Shown here piece after piece: positions 1 to 10,656 of a stretch of DNA of 64,000 bases (positions are counted from its first letter, which is position 1; each line of letters begins with the position of its first letter). Made by a program: the position numbers and the translations under genes. The notes beneath the pieces were generated by a model that searched no databases, had not been told where the DNA came from, and worked only from the letters and a program-made list of their open reading frames with translations. This stretch comes from Candidatus Latescibacterota bacterium (GTDB lineage: Bacteria > Latescibacterota > UBA2968), in NCBI GenBank assembly GCA_965204745.1, contig OZ242010.1, forward strand, positions 2,912,001-2,976,000, in the 5' to 3' direction.

Positions 1-1089
1 GTTGTGATGCGATTCGTAGCTGTCTTTGAGGCCCATGAGAATATCGACCGTCTCATCCACAGACGGGGCGTCGACCAAAATCGTTTGGAAGCGTCGCTCG
101 AGCGCGCCATCCTTTTCGATGTACTTGCGGTATTCGTCCAACGTGGTCGCGCCGATGCACTGCAATTCCCCGCGGGAGAGCGAGGGCTTGAACATGTTGG
201 ACGCGTCGAGCGTGCCCTCTGCGCTGCCCGCGCCCACGATGGTGTGCAACTCGTCGATGAAAATGACCACGTTCTGGCTTTGCTGGAGTTCGTTCATCAC
301 GGCTTTGAGCCGCTCTTCAAATTGCCCGCGGTACTTCGTGCCGGCGACAATGCCGCCCATGTCGAGCGTGACCACGCGCTTGTCCAGCAAAATTTGCGGC
401 ACGCGCCGCTCCACGATGCGCTGCGCCAAGCCCTCGATGATCTGCGTCTTTCCCACGCCCGGCTCGCCCACGAGCACGGGGTTGTTCTTTTTGCGCCTGG
501 CGAGCACTTGTGACACCCGTTCGATTTCGCGTTCTCGCCCAATGGTCGGGTCCAATTTGCCCTTCCGCGCCAAATCGGTCAAATCGCGCCCGAAATGATC
601 GAGGAAAGGCGTTTTGCTCTTTCTCCGCTCGCGCCTGCCCGATGTTCTTCCCTGTCCCTGCAAAACGGCAATCACCTCCTCTTTGGCGGTTTTGTGATCC
701 ACGCCATACGTGTCCAAAATTCGCGCGGCAACGCCATCTTTGTCCCGCAACAGTGCCAACAAGAGATGGCTGGTGCCCACGTCTCGGCTCTTCATTTCTT
801 TGGCTTCATTGGCCGCAATTTCGAGAATCTGCTTTGCGCGGGGCGTAAAAGGCACTTCCCCCATCGTCATCGCACCGCCAGAAGAAGCCACGCAATCTTC
901 GGTCTCTTGTTTGAGACTGTCGAGATTTAAGCTCAAATTGATCAACACTTGCACGGCCGCGTTTTTGCCCTCGCGGATGATGCCGAGCAACAAGTGCTCT
1001 GTGCCGATGTAGTTGTGCCCCAGGCGCGCGGCTTCTTCGCGTGCGAGTTGCATCACCCGCTTGACCTGTTCCGAAAACATGCTGTTCAT
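1..1089 (-). CDS. clpC: ATP-dependent Clp protease ATP-binding subunit ClpC (5' part; runs off window)
   Basis: Manual translation: [36 protein letters not shown] (Clp-N repeat), [14 protein letters not shown], Walker [42 protein letters not shown]. Absent from the ORF track because it has no stop in the window. Confidence 0.95.
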   Translation of the reverse strand, partial: MNSMFSEQVKRVMQLAREEAARLGHNYIGTEHLLLGIIREGKNAAVQVLINLSLNLDSLKQETEDCVASSGGAMTMGEVPFTPRAKQILEIAANEAKEMKSRDVGTSHLLLALLRDKDGVAARILDTYGVDHKTAKEEVIAVLQGQGRTSGRRERRKSKTPFLDHFGRDLTDLARKGKLDPTIGREREIERVSQVLARRKKNNPVLVGEPGVGKTQIIEGLAQRIVERRVPQILLDKRVVTLDMGGIVAGTKYRGQFEERLKAVMNELQQSQNVVIFIDELHTIVGAGSAEGTLDASNMFKPSLSRGELQCIGATTLDEYRKYIEKDGALERRFQTILVDAPSVDETVDILMGLKDSYESHHN

Positions 1090-1155
1090 CCAATACTCCT
1101 CTCGCTAACGACTCAAAACCCCGGTTCCAAATAATAACGGGTTGTAACAAAAAAC

Positions 1156-1845
1156 TCAACCCTTTCCTGCGAGGCGGCCATCTTCCATTTCGACCACCCG
1201 ATCCGCGCGGGCCGCCAAGTGGTGGTCGTGTGTGACGATGACAAAGGTCTGGTTTTGGGACCTGGCCAAGTCCCAAAGCAAGGCGTGCAATTCCTCGCTG
1301 CGCGCCACATCCAAATTGCCAGAGGGTTCGTCGGCCAAAACGACGGCCGGTTGCGTTACCAAGGCCCGCGCCACAGCGACGCGCTGCGCTTCTCCGCCAG
1401 AGAGTTCGGAGGGCAAATGCGAGAGCCGCTCGTCCAACCCGACCGCACAGAGCAGTTGTCGCGCTTGGGGACGCGCTTTGGTTGGGGAGAGGCCGGCGAT
1501 CATCAAGGGCATCATCACATTTTCAAGGGCCGTAAAATCGCGCAATAAGTGGTGAAACTGAAAGACGAATCCGATCTGCCGGTTGCGAAATCTGGCGCGG
1601 GCCGCATCTGACAGGGCGAATAGATCGACCCCGTCGATGACGACTGTGCCGGACGAGGGATGGTCCAACCCGCCCAAGATGTGCAACAACGTGCTCTTGC
1701 CGACCCCGGACGCGCCGACTACGGCTACAATTTCGCCGCGAACAACGCCCAAGTCAACCCCTTTGAGCACCTCGATGCGGGCATCTCCCAACATGTAGTG
1801 CTTGCAAACATCTGTTGCGCGGAGCAACTCATCTGTCGAGGTCAC
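1156..1845 (-). CDS. lolD: Lipoprotein-releasing ABC transporter ATP-binding protein LolD
   Basis: GASGVGKSTLLHILGGLD, FVFQFHHLL, LSGGEAQRVAVARAL, ADEPSGNLD, VTHD. Confidence 0.85.
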   Translation of the reverse strand: MTSTDELLRATDVCKHYMLGDARIEVLKGVDLGVVRGEIVAVVGASGVGKSTLLHILGGLDHPSSGTVVIDGVDLFALSDAARARFRNRQIGFVFQFHHLLRDFTALENVMMPLMIAGLSPTKARPQARQLLCAVGLDERLSHLPSELSGGEAQRVAVARALVTQPAVVLADEPSGNLDVARSEELHALLWDLARSQNQTFVIVTHDHHLAARADRVVEMEDGRLAGKG

Positions 1846-3349
1846 GGCTTTCTTCCGGGCGCAGGTGGGGGAATAGGATGACGTCTCGAATGGATGGCGC
1901 GTCTGCCAACAGCATCACCAGGCGCCCGACGCCAATGCCCAAGCCGCCGGTCGGGGGCATCCCGTGTTCCAATGCGCGCAAATAATCTTCGTCGAGGACT
2001 TGGGCCTCATCATCGCCCCGGGCGCGCAGGGTTTGTTGCTGGGCGAATCGCTTCCGTTGCTCAACTGGGTCGTTCAGTTCGGAAAACGCATTCGCCATTT
2101 CCCATCCGTTGATAAAGAGTTCAAATCGCTCGGTGAGGTCTTTCGCGCTGCGATGGCCCTTGGCGAGTGGCGATACGGCGCGGGGATAGTTGATGATGAA
2201 GGTCGGCTGAATCAACTGGGGTTCTACGCACGCTTCAAACAGCGCGTTGATCGATACCCCGCGTTCTGCCCCCGGTTCAACATCGGAACCCAACCGCTTG
2301 CACGCGGCCTCCAACGCCGCATCCGAAGCGCGGGCCACGTCTAGCTCGCCGTACTTTTTGATGGCGTCGAGCATGGCGATGCGCGGCCATGGGGGCGTCA
2401 GGTCGATAGTTCGCCCTTGGTAGTTGAGTTGTGCCGAACCGTTCACCTTTTCGGCGACAAAGACGTATAACGCCTCGGCTATCGCCATCATATCCGTATA
2501 ATCCGCGTACGCCTGATACAGTTCGAGCATGGAAAATTCGGGGTTGTGCGTGCGGTCGATGCCCTCGTTGCGAAAATTTTTGCCGATCTCATACACGCGC
2601 TCAAGCCCGCCCACGATCAACCGCTTGAGGTACAATTCATCGGCGATCCGCAAATACAAGGGCATGTCCAAGACATTGTGATGCGTGACAAAGGGACGTG
2701 CAGACGCGCCGCCGTAGATGGGTTGCAACACCGGGGTTTCGACTTCCAAAAACCCGCGCGCATCCAAAAATTCGCGCATGGCAGAGACGATGGCACTGCG
2801 CTTGCGAAACACCGCTTGCACGTCCGGGTTGAGCGCGAGGTCGAGGTAGCGGCGGCGATAGCGCAGTTCTTTGTCGCTGAATTGATCGTGGATGACGCGC
2901 TCGCCATCGCGGATTTCCTCTTTGGGCACGGGCAGCGGGCGAATGGCTTTGGACAACAACGCGAGTTCTCGCACTTGCACGGTGATGTGCCCGGTGCGCG
3001 TTTTGAAGACCGGGCCGGCGACGCCGATGAAATCCCCGATGTCGAGCAACTGCCACAGGGCAAACGCCTCATCGCCCACGACGTCGAGCCGGACGTAAAT
3101 TTGAAAGCGGCCCTTGGAATCCCGCAAATCGGCAAAGGCCGCTTTTCCATGGCCGCGCGTGACGATCAACCGCCCCGCCATCCGCACCTGGCCTTCTGAC
3201 GCGCTGAGGGCATCAAAACGCGCTGCGATGTCCGCAGAGTGGTGCGTGGTCTCAAAGCGATACGGGTAAGGCTCGATGCCCATGTCCCGAATATCGGCGA
3301 GTTTCTGCACGCGCTGTTCGATCAACGTTTGTCCCACGACCCGATTCAC
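1829..3349 (-). CDS. lysS: Lysine--tRNA ligase (class II)
   Basis: GGASARPFVTHHN, YLRIADELYLKRLIVGG, FRNEG, GMPPTGGLGIG. Confidence 0.97.
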   Translation of the reverse strand: MNRVVGQTLIEQRVQKLADIRDMGIEPYPYRFETTHHSADIAARFDALSASEGQVRMAGRLIVTRGHGKAAFADLRDSKGRFQIYVRLDVVGDEAFALWQLLDIGDFIGVAGPVFKTRTGHITVQVRELALLSKAIRPLPVPKEEIRDGERVIHDQFSDKELRYRRRYLDLALNPDVQAVFRKRSAIVSAMREFLDARGFLEVETPVLQPIYGGASARPFVTHHNVLDMPLYLRIADELYLKRLIVGGLERVYEIGKNFRNEGIDRTHNPEFSMLELYQAYADYTDMMAIAEALYVFVAEKVNGSAQLNYQGRTIDLTPPWPRIAMLDAIKKYGELDVARASDAALEAACKRLGSDVEPGAERGVSINALFEACVEPQLIQPTFIINYPRAVSPLAKGHRSAKDLTERFELFINGWEMANAFSELNDPVEQRKRFAQQQTLRARGDDEAQVLDEDYLRALEHGMPPTGGLGIGVGRLVMLLADAPSIRDVILFPHLRPEESRDLDR

Positions 3350-3449
3350 GATCAGTACCTCGCGTATTAGCTGTGACAGTTGTTACACTATAACCAATAT
3401 GTATTTTTTCGTCAAGCGCGTTGCCCGTTGACGGGCGTGGTCGATGCCT

Positions 3450-4554
3450 CTACGACAGCAAATAGGCGTGGATAAAGGGGTCGAGGTCCCCGTCCATGAC
3501 GCCCGAGACGTCGGAGGTCTCGACACCCGTGCGCGCGTCTTTGACCAGTTGATAGGGTTGGAACACGTAGTTGCGGATCTGACTGCCCCATTCGATGCGT
3601 TTCTTCGTGCTTTCGAGCGCGGCGCGTTTTTTGTCTTCTTCCTCGCGCATGTGTCGATACAGCCGCGCCTTGAGAATTTTCAGGGCCGCGTTGCGATTCT
3701 TGTACTGGGAACGCTCGTTCTGGCACTGCACCACAAGGCCCGTGGGGAGGTGGGTAATCCGCACCGCGGAATCGGTTTTGTTGACGTGTTGCCCGCCTGC
3801 GCCGCCCGCGCGGTACGTATCCACCTTCAGATCATTGGGATTGATTGCCACCTCGATATCGCCCTCTGCATCGGGATACACAAATACGGACGCAAACGAC
3901 GTGTGCCGGCGGCTGTTGGAATCGTAAGGCGAAATCCGCACCAATCTGTGGACGCCGGATTCGGCTTTGAGATAGCCAAACGCATACTCGCCCTTCACCT
4001 CAATCGCCGCGCTCTTAATCCCCACGATCTCGCCGGGCAAGGTGTCCAAAACGCGCATCTGAAACCCGCGCCGCTCGGCCCAGCGCGTGTACATCCGCAT
4101 CAACATCTGCGCCCAATCCGTGGCTTCCGTGCCCCCTGCGCCCGAGTGGATGGTCAAAATCGCGTCGTGGCGATCCTCGGCATCGCCCAGCATATATTGC
4201 AATTCGAGCGCGTCCAATGCCCGCCCCACCTCGGGCACCTCGGCGGCGACTTCGGCCAGGGACTCGGCGTCGCCTTCTTCGCGCGCGAGTTCAAACAGCA
4301 CGTCCAAATCCCCGACTTGCCCATCCAATTCCTCCCAGCGGTCGACCCAGTGCTTCTCGGCATTGCAGGCGTCGATGACCTGTTGCGCGGTTTCCCGGTC
4401 GTCCCAAAAATTCGGCATGCCCATCCGCTTTTCAAATTCGGCGATTTTTGCGCGGCGTTGCACCACGTCAAAGATACCTCCCGAGCTCATCCACGCGCCC
4501 GCGATAATCGGACAAGATGCCTTGCAACTCGCGTTCCTGAATTTCTACGGCCAT
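3450..4554 (-). CDS. prfB: Peptide chain release factor 2 with programmed +1 frameshift
   Basis: ATG at 4554 with GAGGAG RBS reads [28 protein letters not shown], then CTT TGA C. The main ORF has GGQ ([16 protein letters not shown]), ISPYD and WGSQIRNY. Confidence 0.96.
4467..4482 (-). promoter_or_regulatory. RF2 autoregulatory frameshift signal GGGAGGTATCTTTGAC
   Basis: Internal SD GGGAGG 3 nt before CTT-TGA-C, the canonical prfB motif. Confidence 0.95.
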
Positions 4555-4606
4555 GATGTTCTCCTCGTTGCGACCTACCCCCAAAGGCGAGGGGAGGGGT
4601 CATGCC

Positions 4607-5290
4607 TCACCGCAAATCGATCAACTCCACGCCATTGGGCACATGGAAGGTAAATTGATCGGCTTTGACCCTTTTGTTCACTTTCAAATCCGACAACACA
4701 AATGTCGTTATATCGTCGTGGATGTTGCGATATTCCACTTGGCGCACCAGATAGAGGCGTTTGTCGATCCACAGGCGAATGGTGTGGATGTACGTATCTT
4801 CTTTTGTTGCGGACAAATCCACCACGTAGCACGTCTTGCGCTGGACTTTTTTTTCGCCCACATAGACGGGCGCGTAATTTTCGTCGTATCCCCCGAGCAA
4901 AATGAGATCGAACAACAACTTCTCGTAGCTGCGGTCATTTTCTATCGCGGAATAATCGCTCACCAGCACTTGGGCATTGGCGGGTGCGTAGTTCCACGCG
5001 GTCTCGCCATCGCTCACCACGACCTGCACATCCGAATCCATGCGAAACCGATTGGGTTGCTGAACCAGCAACGTGCCTTTCATCTCTTGGTGCTGCTCCA
5101 TCAACCGCCAGTAGTGTTGCTTGACAAAGTGGGCGGAAAGCGTTTTGAGTTCCGCAAATTTTTTCTGCAACTTCTCCACGACCTCAGCACCCCGCGCATC
5201 GGCCCGCGCGGACCCCGCGCAAAACACAATCCCGAGCATGGCGAACAACGCACAAACACACGCCCAACGCGCAACCCTCTTTCCGTGCAT
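4607..5290 (-). CDS. lolA: Outer-membrane lipoprotein carrier protein LolA family
   Basis: Signal peptide, LSAHFVKQ, QQPNRFRMD, VVSDGETAWNY, C-terminal FTFHVPNGVELIDLR. Confidence 0.85.
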   Translation of the reverse strand: MHGKRVARWACVCALFAMLGIVFCAGSARADARGAEVVEKLQKKFAELKTLSAHFVKQHYWRLMEQHQEMKGTLLVQQPNRFRMDSDVQVVVSDGETAWNYAPANAQVLVSDYSAIENDRSYEKLLFDLILLGGYDENYAPVYVGEKKVQRKTCYVVDLSATKEDTYIHTIRLWIDKRLYLVRQVEYRNIHDDITTFVLSDLKVNKRVKADQFTFHVPNGVELIDLR

Positions 5291-5291
5291 T

Positions 5292-5810
5292 TCACACCTC
5301 CTCTGCCCGCGCCTGCCTCGCCACTATGCGCGAGATCCCGAGCACGAGCAAGACGAGCAGTACGGTCAAACAAATGTACGATCCCACCGTGCCCAAATAG
5401 GGGACGAACACCAATGAGGACAGCATAAAGCCGAGCCAGCCGCCGAACCGCCAAGCCGTGGAGGAATCTCCCGCGTACAACACGCCCATCGCGCTGCAAA
5501 AGAGCACCATCGCAGAGAACAGGGCGACGCTGTACACCGCGAGCGGCTTGGCGTCCGCTATTCCCAAGCAGTTCCACCCGCACAAGAACACCCATGCGGT
5601 CAGCGCATAAGCCCCATAGCCCACGCCGAACAGCAGGTAATAGGACAGGTGCGCGCCGAGCCATCCGATCAGATTTTGCGCGTGTTCGAGCGGACGAGTC
5701 GAATTGGGCGGGTCCTCTGGCGAATGCGACAGCAGGCTCAAGGCCATCAACAGCGCGAGCGCGATTGTGCATCCGCCCAAAATTTGAGAAAGCAATCTCG
5801 GTTGATTCAT
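5292..5810 (-). CDS. Stand-alone FtsK N-terminal 4TM-domain protein (no translocase motor)
   Basis: SLLSHSPEDP, NLIGWLGAHLS..L...FG, GGWLG match the FtsK_4TM pattern. Lies directly upstream of lolA, as ftsK usually does. Confidence 0.75.
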   Translation of the reverse strand: MNQPRLLSQILGGCTIALALLMALSLLSHSPEDPPNSTRPLEHAQNLIGWLGAHLSYYLLFGVGYGAYALTAWVFLCGWNCLGIADAKPLAVYSVALFSAMVLFCSAMGVLYAGDSSTAWRFGGWLGFMLSSLVFVPYLGTVGSYICLTVLLVLLVLGISRIVARQARAEEV

Positions 5811-5845
5811 GGTTGGAAATGCCTATAAGTGAGTCCGCATGCGAT

Positions 5846-7465
5846 TCATCGTCTATCGTTCAACCCCCGTGCGATGACCACGGGTTCTCGGACGCGGAAC
5901 AATTTGCCGTCGGGCGTGCCGGCCTCCAAGTAGAGGATATAAATACCGGGCTTGAGCAGGTGTCCATTGTCTGCGCGGCCATCCCATTGGACGACGCGCT
6001 CGCTGCCGCCTTCAACGCCTTCGAGCAACGAGGCCACGCGCCTGCCCGTGCGGTCGAACACCCACAAATTTGCGTGCAACCGCGGGAAGGGCACCGCGTA
6101 TTTAATGGCGACTCGATCCGCAAAGGGATTGGGTTCGGCGATGAGAGAAACGCCCGCGACATCGTCTTCAAACCGCACGCTATTTGCCGCGCCCGGGGTC
6201 GCGCCTATGGGGGATTGGCTGACGAGCCAGTTGTCGCTCTCTCCGGCAATGGCGAGATCGATCCGCTCCAGGCTCGCTTCGGTCTCTTGCGCTGGATAAA
6301 AGACGCTATCGACAACGCTCGCGGTCGCGTCTCGCAAGACCAGGGCATCGCCCCCGTCGTTCAAGCGGGGCCAGCGGGTCAGGGACAAAATGGCCGCAGA
6401 GAGATCCGGATATCGCGCGGCAACGCGGCCCGCATCTTCCGCGACGAGGACATGGCCCAAGCCCTCGATCATTGCGCCCGCGCCAAACGCGCCTGTGGTT
6501 CGCACATCGGAAATCGTCCACTCGGCCAGGGAAACCGGGTCGGGCGACCGGTTGTACAACTCGATCCACTCGGCGCCTTGGGCCATCACCTCGGCAATGG
6601 CGACCTGCCCGCGCGCCATGCCACCTATCACGATCCACGTCGCCGCGTTATTCGTCGTATCCTGATCCCCTGCAAACGCGAGTCTGGCTCGAAAGGGCGT
6701 CTCGCCTGCGGGTGGGTTTGCAATGGGGATCGTGACCCGAGTCGAATCCCCGGCATCAAGCCTATCCCCCACGGCAACCCCTTTGCCGTTGACCGCGATT
6801 TCGTACGATGTCGCGCGTTCCCGCCCGATATTCGTCACCGTGAGGCCCACCGCTGTCGAGCCGCCCCAGGGCACGCGCACCGGCGAGGCGGTGTTCCGCG
6901 CCAGTGCCAGGTCCCGGTCCTTGACGCTGATGCTGTTCACCGCGCCCGGGGTGGGCCATTTGGCGTCCGTCCAGTTTTCGGGCGCGTCGCCTTGGGCGGC
7001 GTCGATCTTTTCCTCTGAAATCCCGAGGGGGTTGCCCGGTTGATAGGTCGCAGCGGCGACGGTATCGCCCGCGGCTGCGATCAGCAAAATGCGTTCGGCA
7101 TGCACATTGCTCAGGCCGTTGTGCCCGAGTGTGGCGCTGTCGACCGTCAAGTTGAGGGCGGTATCCGGCAGGGGATCGTAATGCGTCGAGTGCGCGTTAT
7201 AGCCCGCATCCATCACCAGAGCGTACGCGCCCGGGGCGAGCACCATCGCGTCGCCGACGAGCGCGTTGGTCTCCTCGTCATCCCCGATTCGCCAACCGGT
7301 CAGATCGACCACCCGATCCCCCGCGTTGAACAATTCGATGTATTCGTCGAAAAATTCGCTTCCGGATGGCGCGAACATGATCTCGTTGATAACCACCTGT
7401 GCCTCTGCCGCATGGGTCAGCGCGCACAAAAACAATGCGATACAACCTATTTTTTGCAATCTCAT
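5846..7465 (-). CDS. Secreted lamin-tail-domain (LTD) protein with C-terminal FlgD-Ig/sorting-like domain
   Basis: Signal peptide; VVINEIM..EYIELFN and IAEVM..EWIELYN (two LTDs); TPGAVNS/TPGAANS; C-terminal PNPF..FDRTGRRV..WDGRADNG..GIYI. Confidence 0.8.
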   Translation of the reverse strand: MRLQKIGCIALFLCALTHAAEAQVVINEIMFAPSGSEFFDEYIELFNAGDRVVDLTGWRIGDDEETNALVGDAMVLAPGAYALVMDAGYNAHSTHYDPLPDTALNLTVDSATLGHNGLSNVHAERILLIAAAGDTVAAATYQPGNPLGISEEKIDAAQGDAPENWTDAKWPTPGAVNSISVKDRDLALARNTASPVRVPWGGSTAVGLTVTNIGRERATSYEIAVNGKGVAVGDRLDAGDSTRVTIPIANPPAGETPFRARLAFAGDQDTTNNAATWIVIGGMARGQVAIAEVMAQGAEWIELYNRSPDPVSLAEWTISDVRTTGAFGAGAMIEGLGHVLVAEDAGRVAARYPDLSAAILSLTRWPRLNDGGDALVLRDATASVVDSVFYPAQETEASLERIDLAIAGESDNWLVSQSPIGATPGAANSVRFEDDVAGVSLIAEPNPFADRVAIKYAVPFPRLHANLWVFDRTGRRVASLLEGVEGGSERVVQWDGRADNGHLLKPGIYILYLEAGTPDGKLFRVREPVVIARGLNDRR

Positions 7466-9597
7466 ACCATCCCCAATCTTCGTCTAATCGCCCATTCAAT
7501 CACCAGCAACCCCACCAGCGCGACCAAGGGCCACCGTTGCCCCCACAACGCGATTCGGTGGTGCGTCACGACCGGCTCGGCTGCCAAAACGAGCGAGTCG
7601 AGTGCCGCGGTCAAACCGCTCGGGCGCGCGTATTGCCCGCTGCTGCGCGTGGCGATGTCTCCGAGCAATTCCGCGCGCATCCGCACGGTTTCGTATTCCA
7701 AGCTGTATCGGCCCACGGTAAAATGGCCCGTGCCCGTGCCCAAATTCTGGGCTCGCACCTGGTATTCGTAATCCCCTTGGGGAAAACGCCCCAAGTTGCC
7801 CGCGTAACGCCCATTGCCCAAATCGCGCAATACCACCTCGCGCACGGCCAAACTGTCTGCCACTCGCGCTCGAACGCGCGCGCCGGACCGCGGTTGCAAC
7901 AGGGCGTCAAAAACCTGTGCGCGTACAACGACTGCCTCCCCACTGCGGTACGCGGTCTTTTCGGTCATCAACTTGATGCGGGACACGTCGTCTCGCGTGA
8001 CCAGCCAGCGCGTCATGTTTTGCCAAAATGCCCGCGCCACAGCATCGGTTTTGCCATCGCCCCACATCATCAAGCCGTGCCGCCAAAACGTCTGAAAGCC
8101 CACGAGCGCGGTCTTGCCCGCTTCCACGCGCCGAAGTGCCAGCAGGGGCATGGGGTTGCCATCCACGCGCTCGGTGGGATGATGCGCGAGCACGGTCGCG
8201 TCTGAAACCGCGTTGCCCACGCGATTGTAAGCCAGCAGGGGAGGCAGCGCGTCCCAGGCCGCTCGATCAGCCAAGGGGTCGTCGTCTGAAACGCGCAAAA
8301 TGGGGTGGAGGGATTCGGGAAAGCCGAGGGCAAACGCGCCGGCTTGAAATGTGCTGGACGAGGGCGAGAATCGCACGGGCAAAACCTGGGCCAATGCGGA
8401 CCGAGCGTACCCGTCGTCAAAAGCCGCGTCTCCGCCGATGACCAGCAGGCCCCCGCCCCGTTGCACGAATGAGACGAGTTTTCGTTCCGGCATCCCGACG
8501 AGTGCGGCATAAGGCGCGTTGAGCAGGACCGCGACATCGTGGTCGGGCAAGGTATTCATCGCGCGTTGCACCTCTCGCGCCCACCCCGTTGACCCCGCAC
8601 GGACGAGCACCTCGACTTGGAGATTGGGATCGGCTTGCAACACGCGCCGCAAATAGCCCAAATCCGCACTCGGGCTGCCCGCGATCATGAGCATTCGCAC
8701 GCGGCTTTCGAGCACCTCTGTCGAAACCACCATGCGGTTGTTGGCCTCTGCGCGTTCCCCGGCTTGCGCTGCGATAGCGATGGAAAACGCATGCCGGCCT
8801 GCACGCTGCGGCACGATCTCAAAGTCCAAGGTTTGTTCCCCGTCTGTCAATGCAATGGTTTTTGCAGCCACTTCCCCGCCTTCGAAAAGCACGCGCACCC
8901 GGTCGCGCACCCGGTCAAAGCCAAAGGAAAACACGCGCACTTGCACGGCGAGGGGCCTGCCCACATAGCCCAAGGGATCGATGACCGCAGACGCAATGCC
9001 CACGTCTTTGGGCGGAACCGGATCGCCGATGCCGATGGCGATGACCGGCACCCCGAGGTCCGCGGCAGCGCGCTCGGGTCGTCCCCCCAAATTTTGCCCG
9101 CCGTCTGAAACGAGCACCACAGCAGCAAGCCCTTGGCCCATGGTTTGGTCGCGCACCCCGTCCAACGCGCCTGCCAGATCCGTGGCCCTGCCGCCCCAAG
9201 TGGGGGCTTCGCCATCGCGCATGGGGGTCAGCGCGTCCGAGAAGCGAAATTGCGATACCCGTGCGCGATTGTCCAATGACCGGAGTGCCGGGTGATCCAA
9301 TACCCCTTGGGCGATTTCAAACCGCGCGGTATCGCCATCCGCGAGTTGCATGCTCTCGCTGTCGTCGATGAGCAAGGCGATGAGCGGCAGCCTTTGCGTG
9401 TGCAAGGTCAATGCGAGAATGGGCTGCATCAAAAGGCCGATCAGCAAGAGGAGCGCGGCAGCGCGTACGACCGACAAATAGCGGTTGATGCCGCGCGCGT
9501 TCGTGCGATACATCAGAAAAATGAGGTACAGCCCCGCGGCAGCCGCGCAGGCCAGTGCCCAACCATCCGAAACGGAAATCGCAACATCGCGCAACAT
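7462..9597 (-). CDS. Membrane-anchored VWA plus glutamine-amidotransferase-like domain protein
   Basis: MIDAS-like LIDDSESM, TDL, VSDGGQN; FVQRGGGLLVIGG; C-terminal EWAIRRRLGM. Confidence 0.75.
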   Translation of the reverse strand: MLRDVAISVSDGWALACAAAAGLYLIFLMYRTNARGINRYLSVVRAAALLLLIGLLMQPILALTLHTQRLPLIALLIDDSESMQLADGDTARFEIAQGVLDHPALRSLDNRARVSQFRFSDALTPMRDGEAPTWGGRATDLAGALDGVRDQTMGQGLAAVVLVSDGGQNLGGRPERAAADLGVPVIAIGIGDPVPPKDVGIASAVIDPLGYVGRPLAVQVRVFSFGFDRVRDRVRVLFEGGEVAAKTIALTDGEQTLDFEIVPQRAGRHAFSIAIAAQAGERAEANNRMVVSTEVLESRVRMLMIAGSPSADLGYLRRVLQADPNLQVEVLVRAGSTGWAREVQRAMNTLPDHDVAVLLNAPYAALVGMPERKLVSFVQRGGGLLVIGGDAAFDDGYARSALAQVLPVRFSPSSSTFQAGAFALGFPESLHPILRVSDDDPLADRAAWDALPPLLAYNRVGNAVSDATVLAHHPTERVDGNPMPLLALRRVEAGKTALVGFQTFWRHGLMMWGDGKTDAVARAFWQNMTRWLVTRDDVSRIKLMTEKTAYRSGEAVVVRAQVFDALLQPRSGARVRARVADSLAVREVVLRDLGNGRYAGNLGRFPQGDYEYQVRAQNLGTGTGHFTVGRYSLEYETVRMRAELLGDIATRSSGQYARPSGLTAALDSLVLAAEPVVTHHRIALWGQRWPLVALVGLLVIEWAIRRRLGMV

Positions 9598-9603
9598 GGA
9601 ACC

Positions 9604-10656
9604 TCACACTTGCCGGTCGCGCAGCCCGGGAAGGGGCAATCGCGGTGCCGCATTGAGATCGGCCCCGGCAACTTCGCCCCGCGCCAGCCGAAACGCGCCC
9701 GCGCCCGCGATCATGGCCGCATTGTCCGTACACAAAAAAGCGGGCGGATAAAACGCGCCCATCCCCAGGTCGTTCGCGCCCGCATCGAGCTTTGCGCGCA
9801 GTGCGCGATTGGCGGCCACCCCGCCCGAGAGCAACACCCGTTCCACCCCCGCTGCTCGTGCTGCTCGAAGCGTTTTGTCCACGAGCACATCGACCACCGC
9901 CGCCTGAAAACTCGCCGCAATATCGGCCCGCATCCCCGCGATGTCTTTTTGATCGAGGTCGCGGATGCGATAGAGCACCGAGGTTTTTAACCCGCTAAAA
10001 CTGAAGTCGTACCCCGGATCGTTCATCAACCCGCGCGGAAAATCATAGCCCTCGGCATCGCCCTTTTCCGCAAGGGCCGAGAGGGGCGGCCCGCCCATCG
10101 TCACCTCGCCTTCGCGCAACAGCCCGAGGAGTTTCGCCACCTTGTCAAAGGCTTCGCCGGCCGCGTCGTCCCGCGTGCGCCCCCAACGCTCGTAATCGCC
10201 CCAGGCCGAGACGTAAATCAACTCGGTATGCCCGCCTGAAACCACCAGTGCCATAAAAGGCGGTGCCAGATCGGAACAGGCCATCGCGCCTGCGAACAGA
10301 TGGCCCTCGATGTGATGGATGCCCACCAAGGGCAGGCCCGCGCCGAGTGCGAGCCCCTTGCCCACGGCTACGCCCACGAGCAAACAGCCGACCAGCCCGG
10401 GGCCTTGCGTGACGGCAATCCCGCCCAAGTCGCGCAGGGCTAACCCCGCGTCTGCGAGGGCCTGATCCACAATGGGCAACAAGGTGCGGATGTGGTTGCG
10501 AGACGCCAACTCGGGCACGACCCCGCCGTACAGGCTGTGTTCCGTTTGGGAAAAGATCGCGTTGGAACAGATCTGCCCGCCGGCCACCACGGCGGCCGCG
10601 GTTTCGTCGCAAGATGTTTCAATGCCCAAAATGGGCTGATGGGAGATGCACGTCAT
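9604..10656 (-). CDS. tsaD: tRNA N6-adenosine threonylcarbamoyltransferase TsaD
   Basis: ILGIETSCDET, GGVVPELASRNH, HHIEGH, VSGGHT, DDAAGEAFDK, FSFSGLKT, CTDNAAMIA. Start moved to ATG 10656. Confidence 0.96.
   Translation of the reverse strand: MTCISHQPILGIETSCDETAAAVVAGGQICSNAIFSQTEHSLYGGVVPELASRNHIRTLLPIVDQALADAGLALRDLGGIAVTQGPGLVGCLLVGVAVGKGLALGAGLPLVGIHHIEGHLFAGAMACSDLAPPFMALVVSGGHTELIYVSAWGDYERWGRTRDDAAGEAFDKVAKLLGLLREGEVTMGGPPLSALAEKGDAEGYDFPRGLMNDPGYDFSFSGLKTSVLYRIRDLDQKDIAGMRADIAASFQAAVVDVLVDKTLRAARAAGVERVLLSGGVAANRALRAKLDAGANDLGMGAFYPPAFLCTDNAAMIAGAGAFRLARGEVAGADLNAAPRLPLPGLRDRQV

Noticed and set aside
4-1134. Several + strand ORFs
   Set aside because: Antisense shadows of clpC. 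The same applies to long shadow ORFs such as 3444-4556, 23678-25537 and 37898-40150.
3372-3388. TGTGAC-AGTT-GTTACA imperfect palindrome upstream of lysS
   Set aside because: Single short instance; cannot be assigned to a regulator.
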